Shown here piece after piece: positions 35,395-48,969 of a stretch of 64,000 nucleotides of DNA. The translations under genes and the position numbers were made by a program. Each line of letters starts with the position of its first letter. Position 1 is the first letter of the stretch. The notes beneath the pieces were generated by a model. That model did no database searches. It was not told where the DNA came from and saw nothing but the letters and a program-made list of their open reading frames with translations. The DNA comes from the human T2T-CHM13v2.0 reference genome, Homo sapiens, in assembly GCF_009914755.1 (NCBI RefSeq), contig NC_060947.1. One strand, given 5' to 3'.

Positions 35395-38300
35395 AAAATG
35401 CAAGTCACAACCACAATGAGATACTATCTTATGCAAGTCAGAATGGTGATTATTAAAATCGAGAAACAACAAATGCTGGCAGGGCTGTGGAGAAATAGTA
35501 ACACTTTTACACTGTTGGTGGGAATGTAAATTAGTTCAACCATTGTGGAAGACAGTGTGGTGATTACTCAAAGACCTAGAATCAGAAATACCATTTGACC
35601 CAGAAATCTCATTACTGGGTATATACCCAAAGGAATATAAATCATTCTATTATAAAGTTACATGCACACATATGTTCACTGCAGCATTATTCACAATAGC
35701 AAGACATGGAATCAGCCCAAATGCCCATCAGTGATAGACTGGATAAAGAAAATGTGGCACATATGCACCATGGAATACTATGCACCTCAAAAAAGGAATG
35801 AGGTCATGTCCTTTGCAGGGAGAAGGATGGAGCTGGAAGTCATTATTCTCAGCAAGCTAACACGAGAACAGAAAACCAAACACCAGATATTCTCACTTAT
35901 AAATGGGAGCTGAACAATAAGAAAATATGGCCACAGGGAGGGAAACAACACACACTGGGCCCTGTTGGGGGATGAGAGAGGGAGAGCGTCAGGATAAATA
36001 GCTAATGCATGTAGGGCTTAATACCTAGGTGATGGGTTGACAGGTGCAGCAAACCACCATGGCACACGTTTACCTATGTAACAAACCTGCACGTCCTGGA
36101 CATGTATTCCAGAGCCTAAAATAAAATAAATTACAAAAATAAATGAAAACTAAGAAAAACCTGACACCCTAATTTCATCCCCCTGCTTTTTACCTTTTTG
36201 TTTTTACTTATATTTTATTTTACTATGTTTAAAAGTTTTTGTAGTTATTATTTTTATTGGTTCATTATTTATTCTTTCTACTTAAGAGTAATTTGCACAC
36301 CAGTTACAGTGTCATAATATTCTGTGATTTTGTGGGTACTTACTATTACCAGTGAGTTTTGGACCTTTAGGTGATTATTTATTTCTCATTAATGTCCTTT
36401 TATTTCTTTTTTTATATCCTTTTATTTCTGATTGAAGTAGTCCTTCTACCATTTCTTGTAGGACAGGCTTGGCATTGATGAAACCTTTGAGCTTTTGTTT
36501 GTCTGAAAAAGCCTTGCTTTCTCCATCATGTTTTTATAATATTTTTACCAGATATACTTTTCTAGAATAAACGATGTTTTTTAGTTCAGCACTTTAAATA
36601 TGACATGCCTCTCTCTCCTGGCTTGTAAGGTTTCCATGAAAAGTCTGCAACCAGACATATTGGAGCTCCACTGTATGGTATTTATTTCTTTTCTCTTTCT
36701 GCTTTTTGAATTTCTTTATCTTTGACCTTTGAGAGTTTGATTATTAAGTGCTGTAAGGTAGGCTTTTTTGGACTAAATCTGCTTGGTGTTCTATATCCCT
36801 CTTGCTCTTGGATTTTGATATCTTTCTCCAGGTTTGGGAAGTTCTCCGTTATTATCTCTTTGAATATACTTCCTACCCCTATCTCTTTCACTACCTCCCC
36901 TTTAAGTCCAATAATTCTTAGATTTGACCTTTTGAGGCTATTTTCTAGATCCTATAGGCATGCTACATTTTTTTTATTTTTATTTTTTTATTGTCTTGTC
37001 TGACCATATTTTCGAACATCTTGTATTCAAGCTCGGTAATCCTTTCTTCTGCTTGATCAGTTCTGCTATTAAGGGACTCTGGTGCATTCTTCAGTATGTC
37101 AATTGCATGTTTAAGCTCCAGAATTTTTGCTTGATTCTTTTAAATTATTTCAACCTCTTTCCTAAATTTATGTGATAGAATTCTGAATCTTTCTCTGTCT
37201 TTTCTTGAATTTCTAATGCATTTTCTCAACATAACTATTTTGAATTCTCTGTCTGAAAGTTCACTTATTTCTGTTTCTATGGGATTGGTCCCTAGTTGCT
37301 TATTTAGTTCATTTGGTGTTGTCATTTTTCCTGGATGATGTTGATGCTAGTAAATGTTCTTTCAGCATCTGGGCATTGAAAGGTTAGCTATTTATTGTAG
37401 TACTGTCTGGTTTTCTTTATACCTGTCTTTCTTGGAAAGGCCTTCTAGATATTTGAAAGGTCATGGGTGTTGTAATCTAAGCTGTATCTTTTTAGGGAGC
37501 TCCCCAAGCCCAGTAATGCTGTGGTTCTTGCAGATTCATAGAGGTACCACCTTGATGGTCTTGGATACAATCTGGGAGACTTCTCTGTTTACCAGTCAGA
37601 CACTTTTGTTCCCTTTCCTTACATTCTCCCGAACAGAGTCAGTCTCTCTCTCTCCCTCTCCCTCTTTTTTTCTCTCTCTCCCTCTCTCTGTTCTGAGCTA
37701 CCTAAATCTTGGTGCGGAGTGACACAAACCCCTGTGGCCACCACCACTATGACTACACTGGGTCAGAACTGAAGCCAGCACAGCACTTGGTCTCACCCAA
37801 AGCCTGCTGTAACCACTCTCTGCCTACTGTCTATGATATCTCAAGCCCCTGGGGCTCTACAATCAGCAGGGGGCAAAGACACCCTGGTCCTTGTCCTTCT
37901 CTTCAGGTCACTGAGTTCTCTCAGGGCCCCAGGTTGGTCCAGAGTTGCCATCTAGGAGTCAAGGACTAAATAGAGTAAAATACCTTAGAAGTCTACCTAG
38001 TGTGCCACTGTACTGCAACTGAGATTGCACTAAAACCACAAGACACAATTCTTTTCACACTTACCCCCCTTTCCTAAGGCAGAGGAGGCTCACCCCATAG
38101 CTGCCAGCACCCCAAGCCACAAGGAGTACTTGCTGATAAATACTTATGGCTAAAATCCTCCACAAAATAGTAACAACCTGAGTTCAGTAACCCATCAAAA
38201 AGATCATTCATCATTGCCAAGTTGGATTAATCCCAGAGATGCAAATATGGTTGAACATGCAGAAAGCAATTAATGTGATTCATCATGTCAACAGAATGGA

Positions 38301-38549
38301 GGACAAGAAAACATATTATCATTTCAATTGATGCTAAAAATGCATTTGATAAAATTCAACATCCTTCAACATAATAAAAGCCATATATGACTGACTCACA
38401 GCTAGTACCATGTGGAATAAGCAAAAACAGAAAGCCTTTCTTCTAAGATCTGGAACAAGACATGGATGCCCACTTTCACCACTGTTATTAAAATAGTACT
38501 GGAAGTTCTAGCTAGAGCCACCAGACAAGAGAAAGAAATAAAGGGCATC

Positions 38550-39439
38550 TGTATTATTCCATATTCATGCTGCTGATAAAGACATACCCATGACTGGACA
38601 ATGTACAAAAGAAAGAGGTTTAATTGGACTTACAGTTCCACGTGGCTAGGGAAGCCTCACAATCATGGCAGAAGGCAAGGAGGAGCAAGTCACATCTTAC
38701 ATGGATGGCAGCAGGAAAAGAGAAAGTTTGTGCAGGGGAACTCCTCTTTTTTTTTCCTTTTTTAAATTTTACTTTAGGTTCTGGGATACATGTGCAGAAT
38801 ATCCAGGTTTCTTACATAGGTATACATATGCCATGGTGGTTTGCTGCACCTCACATGTTTCCTTTTCCATTCCTGTGTTAATTTGCTGAGAATGATGGCT
38901 TCTAGCTTCATCCATGTCCCTGCAAAAGACATGTCCCTGCAAAAGAAGATCTCATTCTTTTTTATGGCTGCATAGTATTCCATGGTGTATATGTGTCACA
39001 TTTTCTTTATCCAGTCTATCATTGATGGGCATTTTGGTTGGTTCTATGTCTTTGCTATTGTAATAGTGTTGCGATAAACATACGTGTGCATGTGTCTTTA
39101 TAGTAGAATGATTTATAATACTTTGGGTATATACCCAGTAATGGGATTGCTGGGTCAAATGGCATTTTTAGTTCTAGATCCCTGAGGAATCACCACACTG
39201 TCTTCCACAATGGTTGAATTAATTTACACTCCCACCAACAGTGTAAAAGAAGGGAACTCCTCTTTTTAAAACCCTCAGATCTCGTGAGACTTATTCACTA
39301 CCACAAGAACAGTGCAGGAAAGACCTACCTCCATAATTCAGTCACCTCCCACTGGGTTCCTCTCATGACATGTGGGAATTGTGGGAGTTACCAGTCAAGA
39401 TGAGATTTGGGAGGGGGGGGACACAGCCAAACCATATCG
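38550..39439 (-). mobile_element. THE1B-like solo LTR split by an L1PA fragment
   Basis: tgtatt...ctgataaagacataccc...cagccaaaccatatc; TSD gcatc at 38545-38549 and 39440-39444. Confidence 0.9.
38752..39251 (-). mobile_element. Short 5'-truncated L1PA7/8-like insertion with internal 3'UTR deletion
   Basis: 16-bp TSD gggaactcctcttttt at 38736-38751 and 39252-39267; poly-T; deletion near 38850. Confidence 0.92.
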
Positions 39440-39980
39440 GCATCCAAAATGGAAAGGAAAAAGTCAAATTATCCTTATTTGGACATTATATGATCTTATA
39501 TTTGGAAAAACCTAAAAACTCCATGAAAAAACTATAAGAACTGATAAGTGAACTCAGTAGTGCTGCAGGATACAAAATCAACATACATAAATTAGTAGCA
39601 TTTCTATATGCCAATAGTAAACAATCTGAAAAAGAAATTAAAAAGTAATCTCATTTACAATAGCTATAAATGAAATAAAATACCTTGAAATTAACTTAAC
39701 CAAACAAGTGGAAGATATTTACAATGGAAACTATCAAATATTGATGCAAGTAATTAAAGGAAACACAAAAAAAGGAAAGATATTTCATGTTCTTGGATTG
39801 GAAAAAAATATTGTTAAAATGTCCATACTACTCAAAGCAATCCAGAGATTCAATGTAATCCCTATCAAAGTACCAGTGACATTCTTCACAGAAGTAAAAA
39901 AAAAAAAAATCCTACAATTTATATGGAACCACAATAGACTTAGAATAGTCAAAGCTATCCTAAGCAAAAAGAACGAAACT

Positions 39981-41768
39981 GGGGAGGCTGGAAGTAGCAA
40001 GTGTATACCACTCTCATGGAGAGAAATAGAAGGGGTGAGTAAATACACCATCTTCAACTAAAACATCTAGGTACACACATTGGGATTAATCAAGAAAACA
40101 ACTTAACCCACACAGAACAGAGAAAAGCAAGGCAGGACAACTACCCACTTGGAAGCAACACAGACCAGGGGAGTATACGTTGCCCAGGGAAGTGGTGAGT
40201 GAATGAATAACCCTGGGAATCCATGCTTTTTCCATGGATCTTCACAACCCATGGGTCAGGAGATCCTTTCATGAACCCACTCCATCAGCACCTCCAGTCT
40301 GACATGCACAATTACATGTAGTTTGGGCAGAGCAGCTGGGTATCCAGGGTATCCAACTAAAGCAGCTCCAACTGTGGCAAAGCAAGAGGTTAGGCCCCCT
40401 TACATACTCCTAAGGAAGGGGCTTAATTCGGAGGCTGAGCATTGATGGAACTCAGGCTCTGCTTCCACAGCACCTTGCAAGATAAGATGCACTGGTTTGG
40501 AATTCCAGCCAGCCACTGGTAGCAGCATTACACCTCCCTGGATGGAACTCCCAGAGGAAGGGGCAGGCCATTATCTTTACTGTTTTGCCATCTTCATTGT
40601 TGATACCTTCAGGAGCTGGAAAATCTGAGGAGATTAGGGAATGAAGCAGACCCCCAGTGTACTGCAGCAGCCCTACCGAAAAGTGTCCAGACCATTTGTT
40701 ATGTAGGTACCCAATCCTGTATCTCGTCATTGAGAGGGTCTATTCCTGCCCTGGATACTCAGTCACACCCTGTGAAGGACATCAAACTGGTAGCAACTCT
40801 GTGACTCCCTGAGACAGAGCTCCCAATGGGAAGGGCGGTTTGCCATCCTTACTGTCTCATAGCACACATCCTTACTGACTCCAGGCTCTGGAAATTCCAT
40901 GGGACCAGGGACTGGTCTGGATACCCATCAATGAGCACCCATTGATCAGAAAAGTGGCTGAAAAGTTCTCCATGCAGGTCCCAGTCCTTGCTTCTCTTCA
41001 CTGGGCAAGCCTGTACGACCTGTGACTCCAACACAACCACTGTGCACCTGCCTGAACTCTTCTATCAGAGGCAGCCCCACATATAAAGAAACACCAACAT
41101 GCAGAGATGAGAAAGAACCAATGCAAGAACTCTGGCAACTCAAATGGCCAGAGTGTATTATGTCCTTCAAATGATCTCACTAGTTCTCCCATGAGGGTTC
41201 TTAACTAGGCTGAAGGAGCTGAAATGACAGAAATAGAATTCAAAATATGTATAGGAATAAAGATCATCAGGATTCAGGAGAATGGAAAATCCCAATCCAA
41301 GGAAACTAAGAATCACAATAAAATGATACAGGAGCTGACAGACCAAATAGTCAGTATAAAAAAAAAAGAACTTAACCAATCTGATAGAGCTGGAAAACAC
41401 ACTACAAGAATTTCACAATGCAATCACAAGTACTAACAGCAGAATAGACCAAGCTGAGGAAATAATCTCAGAACTTGAGGCTGGGCTCCCTGAAATAAGA
41501 CAGTCAGACAAAATGTTGTTTAAAAAATGAAAAGGAATGACCAAAGCCTCCAAGAAATATAGGATTATGTAAAGAGGCCAAATATATTATGTAAAGAGGC
41601 CATTGGCATACCTGAAGGGATGTGGAGAAAGCAAACAACTTAGAAAACATATTTCAGGATATCACCCATGAAAACTTTCCCTACCTCACTAGAGAGAGTC
41701 CAACAGTCAAATTCAGGAAATACAAAGAACTCCTGTAATATTCTACAGAAGATTATCCCCAAGACACA
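39981..41768 (+). mobile_element. 5'UTR and partial ORF1 of an older primate L1 (L1PA13-16/L1P4-like)
   Basis: Starts after aaaagaacgaaactgg; ORF1 start atgagaaagaaccaatgcaagaactctggc near 41107; ORF1 peptide 41224-41436. Confidence 0.78.
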
Positions 41769-42180
41769 TGATATGGTTTGGGTCTTTGTCCTTGCCCAAA
41801 TCTCATGTAGAATTATAATTCCCAATGTTGGAGGTGGGGCCTGGTGGGAGGTGACTGGATCATGGGAGCAGAGTTCTCATGAATGGTTTATCACCATTCC
41901 CCTAGTACTGCTCTCATGATAGAGTTCTCACAAGATCTGGTTGTTTAAAAGTGTGTACCACCTCCCCCCTCTCTCTCTTTCTGCTCCAGCTATATGAGAT
42001 GCTTGCTCCCCCTTTGCCTTCTGCCATGATTGTAAGTTTCCTCATGCCTCTCCAGAAGCCAAGGAAATGGCCAGCATCATGCTTCCTGTACAGCCTGTGG
42101 AACTGTGGGTGAATTAAATCTATTTTCTTTGTAAATTACCCAATCTCAGGTATTTCTTTATAGTAATGCAAGAATGGACT
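41769..42180 (+). mobile_element. MSTA 5' LTR
   Basis: tgatatggtttggg...cccaatgttggaggtggggcc...gtaatgcaagaatggact. Confidence 0.88.
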
Positions 42181-42221
42181 ATTGGGGTACTTCTAGTACC
42201 AATGAAAAATTGGTACCAATG

Positions 42222-43610
42222 GAAAATTGGTACCAGAAGTGGGGTTTTGATATAAAGATACCTGAAAATGTGGAAGCAGCTTTGGAACTGGGTAATGGGC
42301 AGAGGTTGGAACAGTTTCGAGGGCTCAGAAGAAGATAGAAAGATGAGGGAAATTTTGAAACTTCCTAGAAACTTGTTGAATGGTTGTAACCAAAATGCTG
42401 GTAGGGATATGGATAGTGAATGCCAGGTAAAGAGGTCTCAAACAGAGATGAGGAACTTATTGGGAACTGCTGCAAAGGTCACTTTTGTTGTCCATTAACA
42501 AAGAGGTTGGTTAGATTGTGCCCCTGCTCTAAAAATCTATGGAACTTTGAACTTGAGAGACATGATTTAGGGTATCTGGCAGAAGAAATTTCTAAGCAGC
42601 AAGGCATTCAAGATGTGACCTGACTGCTTCTAACCACCTATTCTCCCATGTGTGAGCAAAGAAATGCTCTGAAACTGGAACTTATATTTAAAAGGGAAGC
42701 AAAGTGTGAAAGTCTGGAAAATTTGCAGCTTAGCCATGTGGTAGAAAAGAAAATCCCATTTTCTGGGGAACAATTCAAGCCTGCTGTAGAAATTTGTATA
42801 AGTAAAGAGAAGCCAAATGTTAATAGCCAAGACAATGGGGAGGCCTCAAAGGCATTTCAGAGAGCTCCAAGACAGCCCCTCTCCTGACAAGCCCAGAGGC
42901 CTAGAAGAGAAGAATGATTTAGTGGGCCAGGCCCAGGGCTCCACTGCCCTGAACAGCATTGAGACACTGCTTCCTGAATCCCAGCTCCTCCAGCTTCAGC
43001 CATGGCTTAAAAGGTCTCAGAAACAGCTTGGGCCACTGCCTCAGAGGGAGCAAACCAAAAGCCTTGGCAATTTTCACGTGGTGCTAAGCCTGCAGATGCA
43101 GCGAGTACAACCATTGAGGCTCAGGAGCCTCTGTCTTGATTTTAGAGGATGTATGGAAACTCCTGGATGTCAAGGAAGAAGCCTGCTGCACGGGTGGAGC
43201 CATCATGAGGAAACTCTACTTGGGCAGTGTGGAGGAAAAATGTGGAGTTGGCGCCCCCACACAGAGTCCCCACTGAGGCACTGCCTAGTGGAGCTGTAAG
43301 AAGAGAGCCACTGTCCTTCAGATTCCAGAATGGTAGCTCTACTGACAGCCTGCACTATGTGCCTGGAAAAGCTTCAGGCAATCAATGCCAGACAGTGAAA
43401 GCAGCTGGGGGAGCTGTAACTTGCAAAGTAACAGGGGAAACCTGCCCAAAGCTTTAGGAGCCCACCACTTCCACCTGCATGCCCTGAATGTGGGACATGG
43501 AGTAAAAGGAGATTATTCTGGAGATTTAAAGTTTAGTGACTTCCCTGCTGGATTTTGGACTTGCATTGAGCCTGTAGCCCCTTTCTTTTGGCCTATTTCT
43601 CTCTTTTGGA
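42222..43610 (+). mobile_element. MSTA internal region, 3'-truncated, no 3' LTR
   Basis: gaaaattggtaccagaagtgggg...tgtggaagcagctttggaactgggtaatgggcagaggttggaacagtt, typical MST/THE1-int. Confidence 0.88.
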
Positions 43611-44280
43611 GCTACCATATGATCCAGAGAACTCACTGTTGGTTATGTACCCAAAAGTAAGGAAATCAGTATATTGAAGAGATATCTGCACTTCCATGTT
43701 TATTGCAACACTATTCAAAATAGCCAGGATTTGTGAGCAACCTAAGTGTCCATCAACAGATGAATGGATAAAGAAAATGTGGTACATATACACAATGGAG
43801 TACTATTCAGCCATGAAAAGGAATGAGATTCTGTCATTTGAAGCAACATGGATGGAACTGGAGTTCATTGTGTTAAGTGAAGTAAGCCAGGCACAGAAAG
43901 ACAAACATCATATGCTCTCACTTATCTGCAGGAGCTAAAAATTAAAGCAATTGAACTCATGAAGATAGAGTAGAAGGATGGTTACCAGAGGCTGGGAAGA
44001 GTAGTGGGGTGGGGTAAAGGTGAAGTGGGGATGGTTGTTGCATGCAAAAATAATAGTTAGAAAAAATAAGACAGTATTTGCTAGAACAACAGGGTGGCTA
44101 TAGTCTAAAATAATTAAATTGTACATTGTAAAATAAATAAAAGAATATAATTGGAATATTTATATCACAAAGAATAAATTCTTGAGGCAATCGATCCCCC
44201 ATTTACCCTAATGTGATTATTACTCATTGCATGCCTGTATCAAGTGCACAGAATTAAAAACAAAGAAAAAATTAAAAGCA
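43609..44280 (+). mobile_element. L1MA2/3-like 3' end
   Basis: ORF2 C-terminus 43696-43938 ([23 protein letters not shown]) and L1MA 3'UTR. Confidence 0.88.
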
Positions 44281-44610
44281 ATATCTGAAAGAATAGCCCA
44301 GGATGACTAAATTATGATTGAGATGAGGAGGGTGGTATTAGGTTTGTTATTATCATGGGACTTGGTAGGATATCATAAAGGGCATACAAAAGGCAGTTGA
44401 AGGACACAGAGGTGAGGCTAAGAACCAAAGAGGACAAAGGCCTCAAAAGCCAAAGGTTGACCACTTAACTATTTTACCTTGGGCTATGCCTGCAAATGAA
44501 CACAATGTTTCTTCATAATCTGAATTTTATTTAAGAGAAATAAGTTGGAGTGAGTGGGCTTATTATTTTGCCATAAGCCTGAAATTTTTTTCTTTTTAAA
44601 AATGAATATC

Positions 44611-44930
<320 letters not shown>

Positions 44931-45514
44931 TCAAGTTACAGAGAGGGAAGTCATATTAAGCAAAGACAAAGGAAGACGTTGCTCTAGCAACCAAAAGTAC
45001 GTACAAGATTCCATCAAACTCATTGTATGCTATTTCATTTTTTATTTGATCACTTTTCTTTTAACATGGAAAGCCTTGAAATAGACTGATAAATAATTGC
45101 CTGGATAGGCCTAATACTTCCTAATATCCCATCATGAAATTTCTTTCAGCACCATCAAGGGCATAATTCTGAATTGTAAATGCAAAATAGCATAATAGCC
45201 TCCTTCCCCCCTTCTTTCCATTAAAAAGCTCTACAGTATAAAGCAACAAAGGAGCTCTCATACAGTACAAAAGAGGTTTCTCTCACATACCAGAGTTGCA
45301 CACTCTACTAAGCATGTAAAAAGCATTTCTCAAATCATTCCTTTTGAAAAGTAGCAATACTGTCTTAAGAACCAAGCATGTTACTAGCTAATCCCCTCAG
45401 CTGTTACAGATGGGGTACACTGAAGTAGGATGGAAATATATTAATGATTTTTAAAAGAAAGTGACTTTGGATTTAATTAAAATGATTTTACTATTGTTAA
45501 AATGCTTAGAGTAG

Positions 45515-45649
45515 AGATGACGAGTTAGTGGGTGCAGTGCACCAGCATGGCACATGTATACCTATGTAACTAACCTGCACAATGTGCACATGTACCCTAA
45601 AACTTAAAGTATAATAAAAATAAATAAATAAATAAATAAAAAAGAAAAA
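45515..45649 (+). mobile_element. Very short L1PA2-like 3' tag with (AAAT)n tail
   Basis: agatgacgagttagtgggtgcag...cacaatgtgcacatgtaccctaaaacttaaagtataat; no TSD found. Confidence 0.9.
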
Positions 45650-45658
45650 TACAGAAAA

Positions 45659-45830
45659 GCAGCATAGTACAGTAAAAAGTACACTGGATTGGAAAATAGC
45701 AAGGTAGTCCTGGTTCTTCCACTAACTAGCTATAGGATATTAGGCAAGTTCCTATCCCTTTCTTGGTCTCAGTTATTTTGGGAGTAAAGGAGCTAGACCC
45801 ATAATTTCTAGGTTTTCTCTCAAATCTATC
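45659..45830 (+). mobile_element. MIR fragment
   Basis: gcagcatagtacagtaaaaag...ccactaactagct...ggcaagtt. Confidence 0.6.
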
Positions 45831-45913
45831 ACTCAAGTTTTAATATAAAGTAACACAATGGAAAAAGGACTCTACTTTTAAATGTCATGCTATTCTTTTT
45901 ATTTTTTTTTTTA

Positions 45914-46107
<194 letters not shown>

Positions 46108-47409
46108 AAATTCACTTTCTAATCAGTATTCTTAATATACAGTACTAGTAAGCAATCACTGATTTTCAAAGAAATGTTATTCGTAACACTGGCTATCTAA
46201 TAATCACTCCTCTATAATGTCCTAGCTATGAGTGAATTATTCTAGAAATATTAGGCAATGAGTAATTCAATAAAGACAGACTGTGAGCTGTTAGAAACTG
46301 CAGGAACACCTGTACTCATCAGAGACCACTGAGAATTTAACTGTAGAAGCTTCTTGTGCATATATACAAAGAAGGAATTAATCCACAGGAAGGAAAGCAT
46401 TCTAAATTAAGAATGTCTATGGGAATTAACAGAGCAAGAGAAACCCTATAATTCTTTCCTAGAATAGGAAATGAATAATTGAGTTAACTATATAACCTAA
46501 TGCTTGAGATTTAATTTTTATGTAATAAAACTACATTTTATATCAAAAAGATGTTTAAATGACTCTAAAGTGTAACAGAAGTCACATCTATATGATTGTG
46601 TTTAAAGGACTATATTCAGAGTATATAAGCATTTTGTGTAAGTAAAATAAACAAGTTAAATGTCTTAGATTTGGGGACATGACACTTTTTACCAAACTGC
46701 ATTAAGAAAAATATAGGATCCCAAATAACTAAAGTTAATATACTGAATTGATGGTGGTAAAATTCCCTGTGACTTCCCACGTGTATCCTTCAGTTTGCTT
46801 CATGGTTTCTATCAATGTTATACTCTATATTTGAAGACAAATATTTACTGTTACTTCTAGAGTGCACAGGGATAACTCAAATTCAGCTCCTCTATAAATT
46901 ATATTCGATTATTTTATAAAATAAACACAAAGATATAATCCTGGCACAATAAAGGAAATTTGAAAAACTTAGTGAAACAAATATATCAGAAGGCAGAAAA
47001 ATAATAAGCAACAAAGCCAAGGACAATTAAAAATAAATTTCTATTGCTTCTTCCACAGAAGGTATTCTACCTCAGTGTTCCTCTATACAACTTGAATTAC
47101 CAAATGGTAGACTAATTACCTAGTTCAAAGGTTTAATTACGACTAACAACCTAAGGATATGACAGAAGTTTATCATAGTCCCTTTTAGTTTGTTTCTGTC
47201 TCTTATAAACATGTGGCCTACCCTAAATGTAGAAAATAAGGATCCATACAGTTTTGGAGAAACGTTTATATTCCATAGTGTTAAAAATCACTGTAGCTTT
47301 AGCTCTTAATTATAACCAGAACATTAAGTGAAATCAGTCTTGAAGTTTTAGTTCAGCTGATTAATAGCCCAAAATGAGTTTGCTTATATGTTCTCATCAG
47401 GAGTAAATC

Positions 47410-48140
47410 CAATTATTCAAACATATATTGAGCACCTATTGTGTGCTAACCTCTCTTTCAATATCAGAAGAAGAAACCAAGAAGAGAATGTATAAGACTT
47501 ATTCCTCAGAGTGCTCTAAGTCAAAAATTCAATGTGATTTGATGAAGGATAAGGGTTTTCAGTAGAAGGAATGAATAACTGCCTGAAGCAAATGAGTGTA
47601 TAGAACAGAAAAGTCTTCACAAGGTGATATTTAAACTGCCTTAAAGGATGAGTACAAAACAAGAAAAAGCAATGAGTGGGTATGTCAGGAAAATAAATGA
47701 GCTGTTCATGAGACGTGGAAACATAGGCAAGCATGGCACAAACAAAGAACAACAGATTTGCTGATTCGGTATAATTTGAAGTGGGGTTCCTACGTGCAGC
47801 AGTGAAAGATAAGGTTAGAGAGATGGGCAGAAGTCATTTCCACTAGGCCCTTATATTCCATAATGAGGTGTCAAGACTGTTCTGAAAGCTGTGGAAAGCC
47901 ATTACACAATTTTAAACACAGATGGACATGATGAGAATTGTATTTTAGAAAAATCAGTCTAGCAACAGTAGGAGAGATGGACTGGAGGGCATTAAGTGTG
48001 ATGTTGGAGAACTAATGCAATAATCCATACAGTAAGAATGTAAAGAACCGAAGGCCATCACTATATATTACCATGAATTTTCACTTTTCTCAACAGCCTA
48101 GGGTTAGGAATAGAGAAAGGTTAAGTTACTAAGGTCAGTA
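47410..48140 (-). mobile_element. L2 fragment
   Basis: attcaaacatatattgagcacctattgtgtgc (L2 3' end, reverse) followed by purine-rich L2 body. Confidence 0.7.
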
Positions 48141-48255
48141 GAAGAAAAAAAGGAGTGAGAAAATTAAGGACAAGGGCAAAATATGTTTGAAGTAATGAAC
48201 TACGGGCTTCAGGCTGGTTATGAAATAAAATTAAACAACACGAGGTATAAGAGAT

Positions 48256-48805
48256 ATGGTAGGCAGGGTTTTGTTTCCCATTATCTCTGCTGCTGGTTTT
48301 ACTCCCATGGTTGTTTAACCAGGCAAAAAGGAGGTGATCTGCATGGGACTAATCTAATCACATGAGCTCTTCCGAAGTAGAGTTTTGTCAGGTTGGTGGT
48401 GGAAGTGGGTAGGAGGGTGGCTGCGTTCAGCAAAATTCAAAGCACCAAGGGCATTTGTTGTTGGTTTTGACGATGAAGCAGGTCACTTACTAAGAAATAC
48501 AGGCAGTCTTTAGAAGTTCAGAGCAGGCCTGGCTGATAGCCAGCAAGAAAACTGAACCTTAGTCTGACAGCTGCAAGTAATTGAATTCTACTAACAACCT
48601 GAAATGAGCTTGAAAGCAGATTCTTTCCTATCATCTCCATATAAGAGCACAGCCTAACCAATACCTTGATTGCAGCCTTGTGAGGCCCAGAGCAAAGAAC
48701 CCAGATGGATATTCTGACCTACGGAACAGTGAGCTAACACATGGTGTTGCTTTAAGCTGCCAAATTTGTGGCAATTTGCTACATAGGAACAAAAAACTAA
48801 TACGA
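48256..48805 (+). mobile_element. MLT1 (D/E/F-like) MaLR LTR
   Basis: gccagcaagaaaactg...ccttgattgcagccttgtgag...tttaagctgccaaatttgtggcaatttg...aactaatac; left boundary uncertain. Confidence 0.72.
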
Positions 48806-48969
48806 GTCAGTAGAGAAGGATAGATATCAAAGGAGCAGTTGTATCGTGACTAATATAAAGAATGATAGGGAAAGGATGTTTCAGTCTAGAAGTAAGATAT
48901 TAGTTTAATCCTTGGGAGGTAAAGTGGTTCTGGGTTACTGAAATGATGTGGGAAAAACACTGTTAACAT

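Larger units (their letters stand above)
38133..39980 (+). mobile_element. L1MA-like ORF2 (RT region) fragment, interrupted by THE1
   Basis: Plus-strand ORF2 remnants, e.g. 39708-39980 [20 protein letters not shown]; colinear across the THE1 insertion. Confidence 0.82.

Noticed and set aside
42817-43299. 160-aa ORF with no obvious family
   Set aside because: It lies within the MST internal region; a chance frame in a decayed MaLR.
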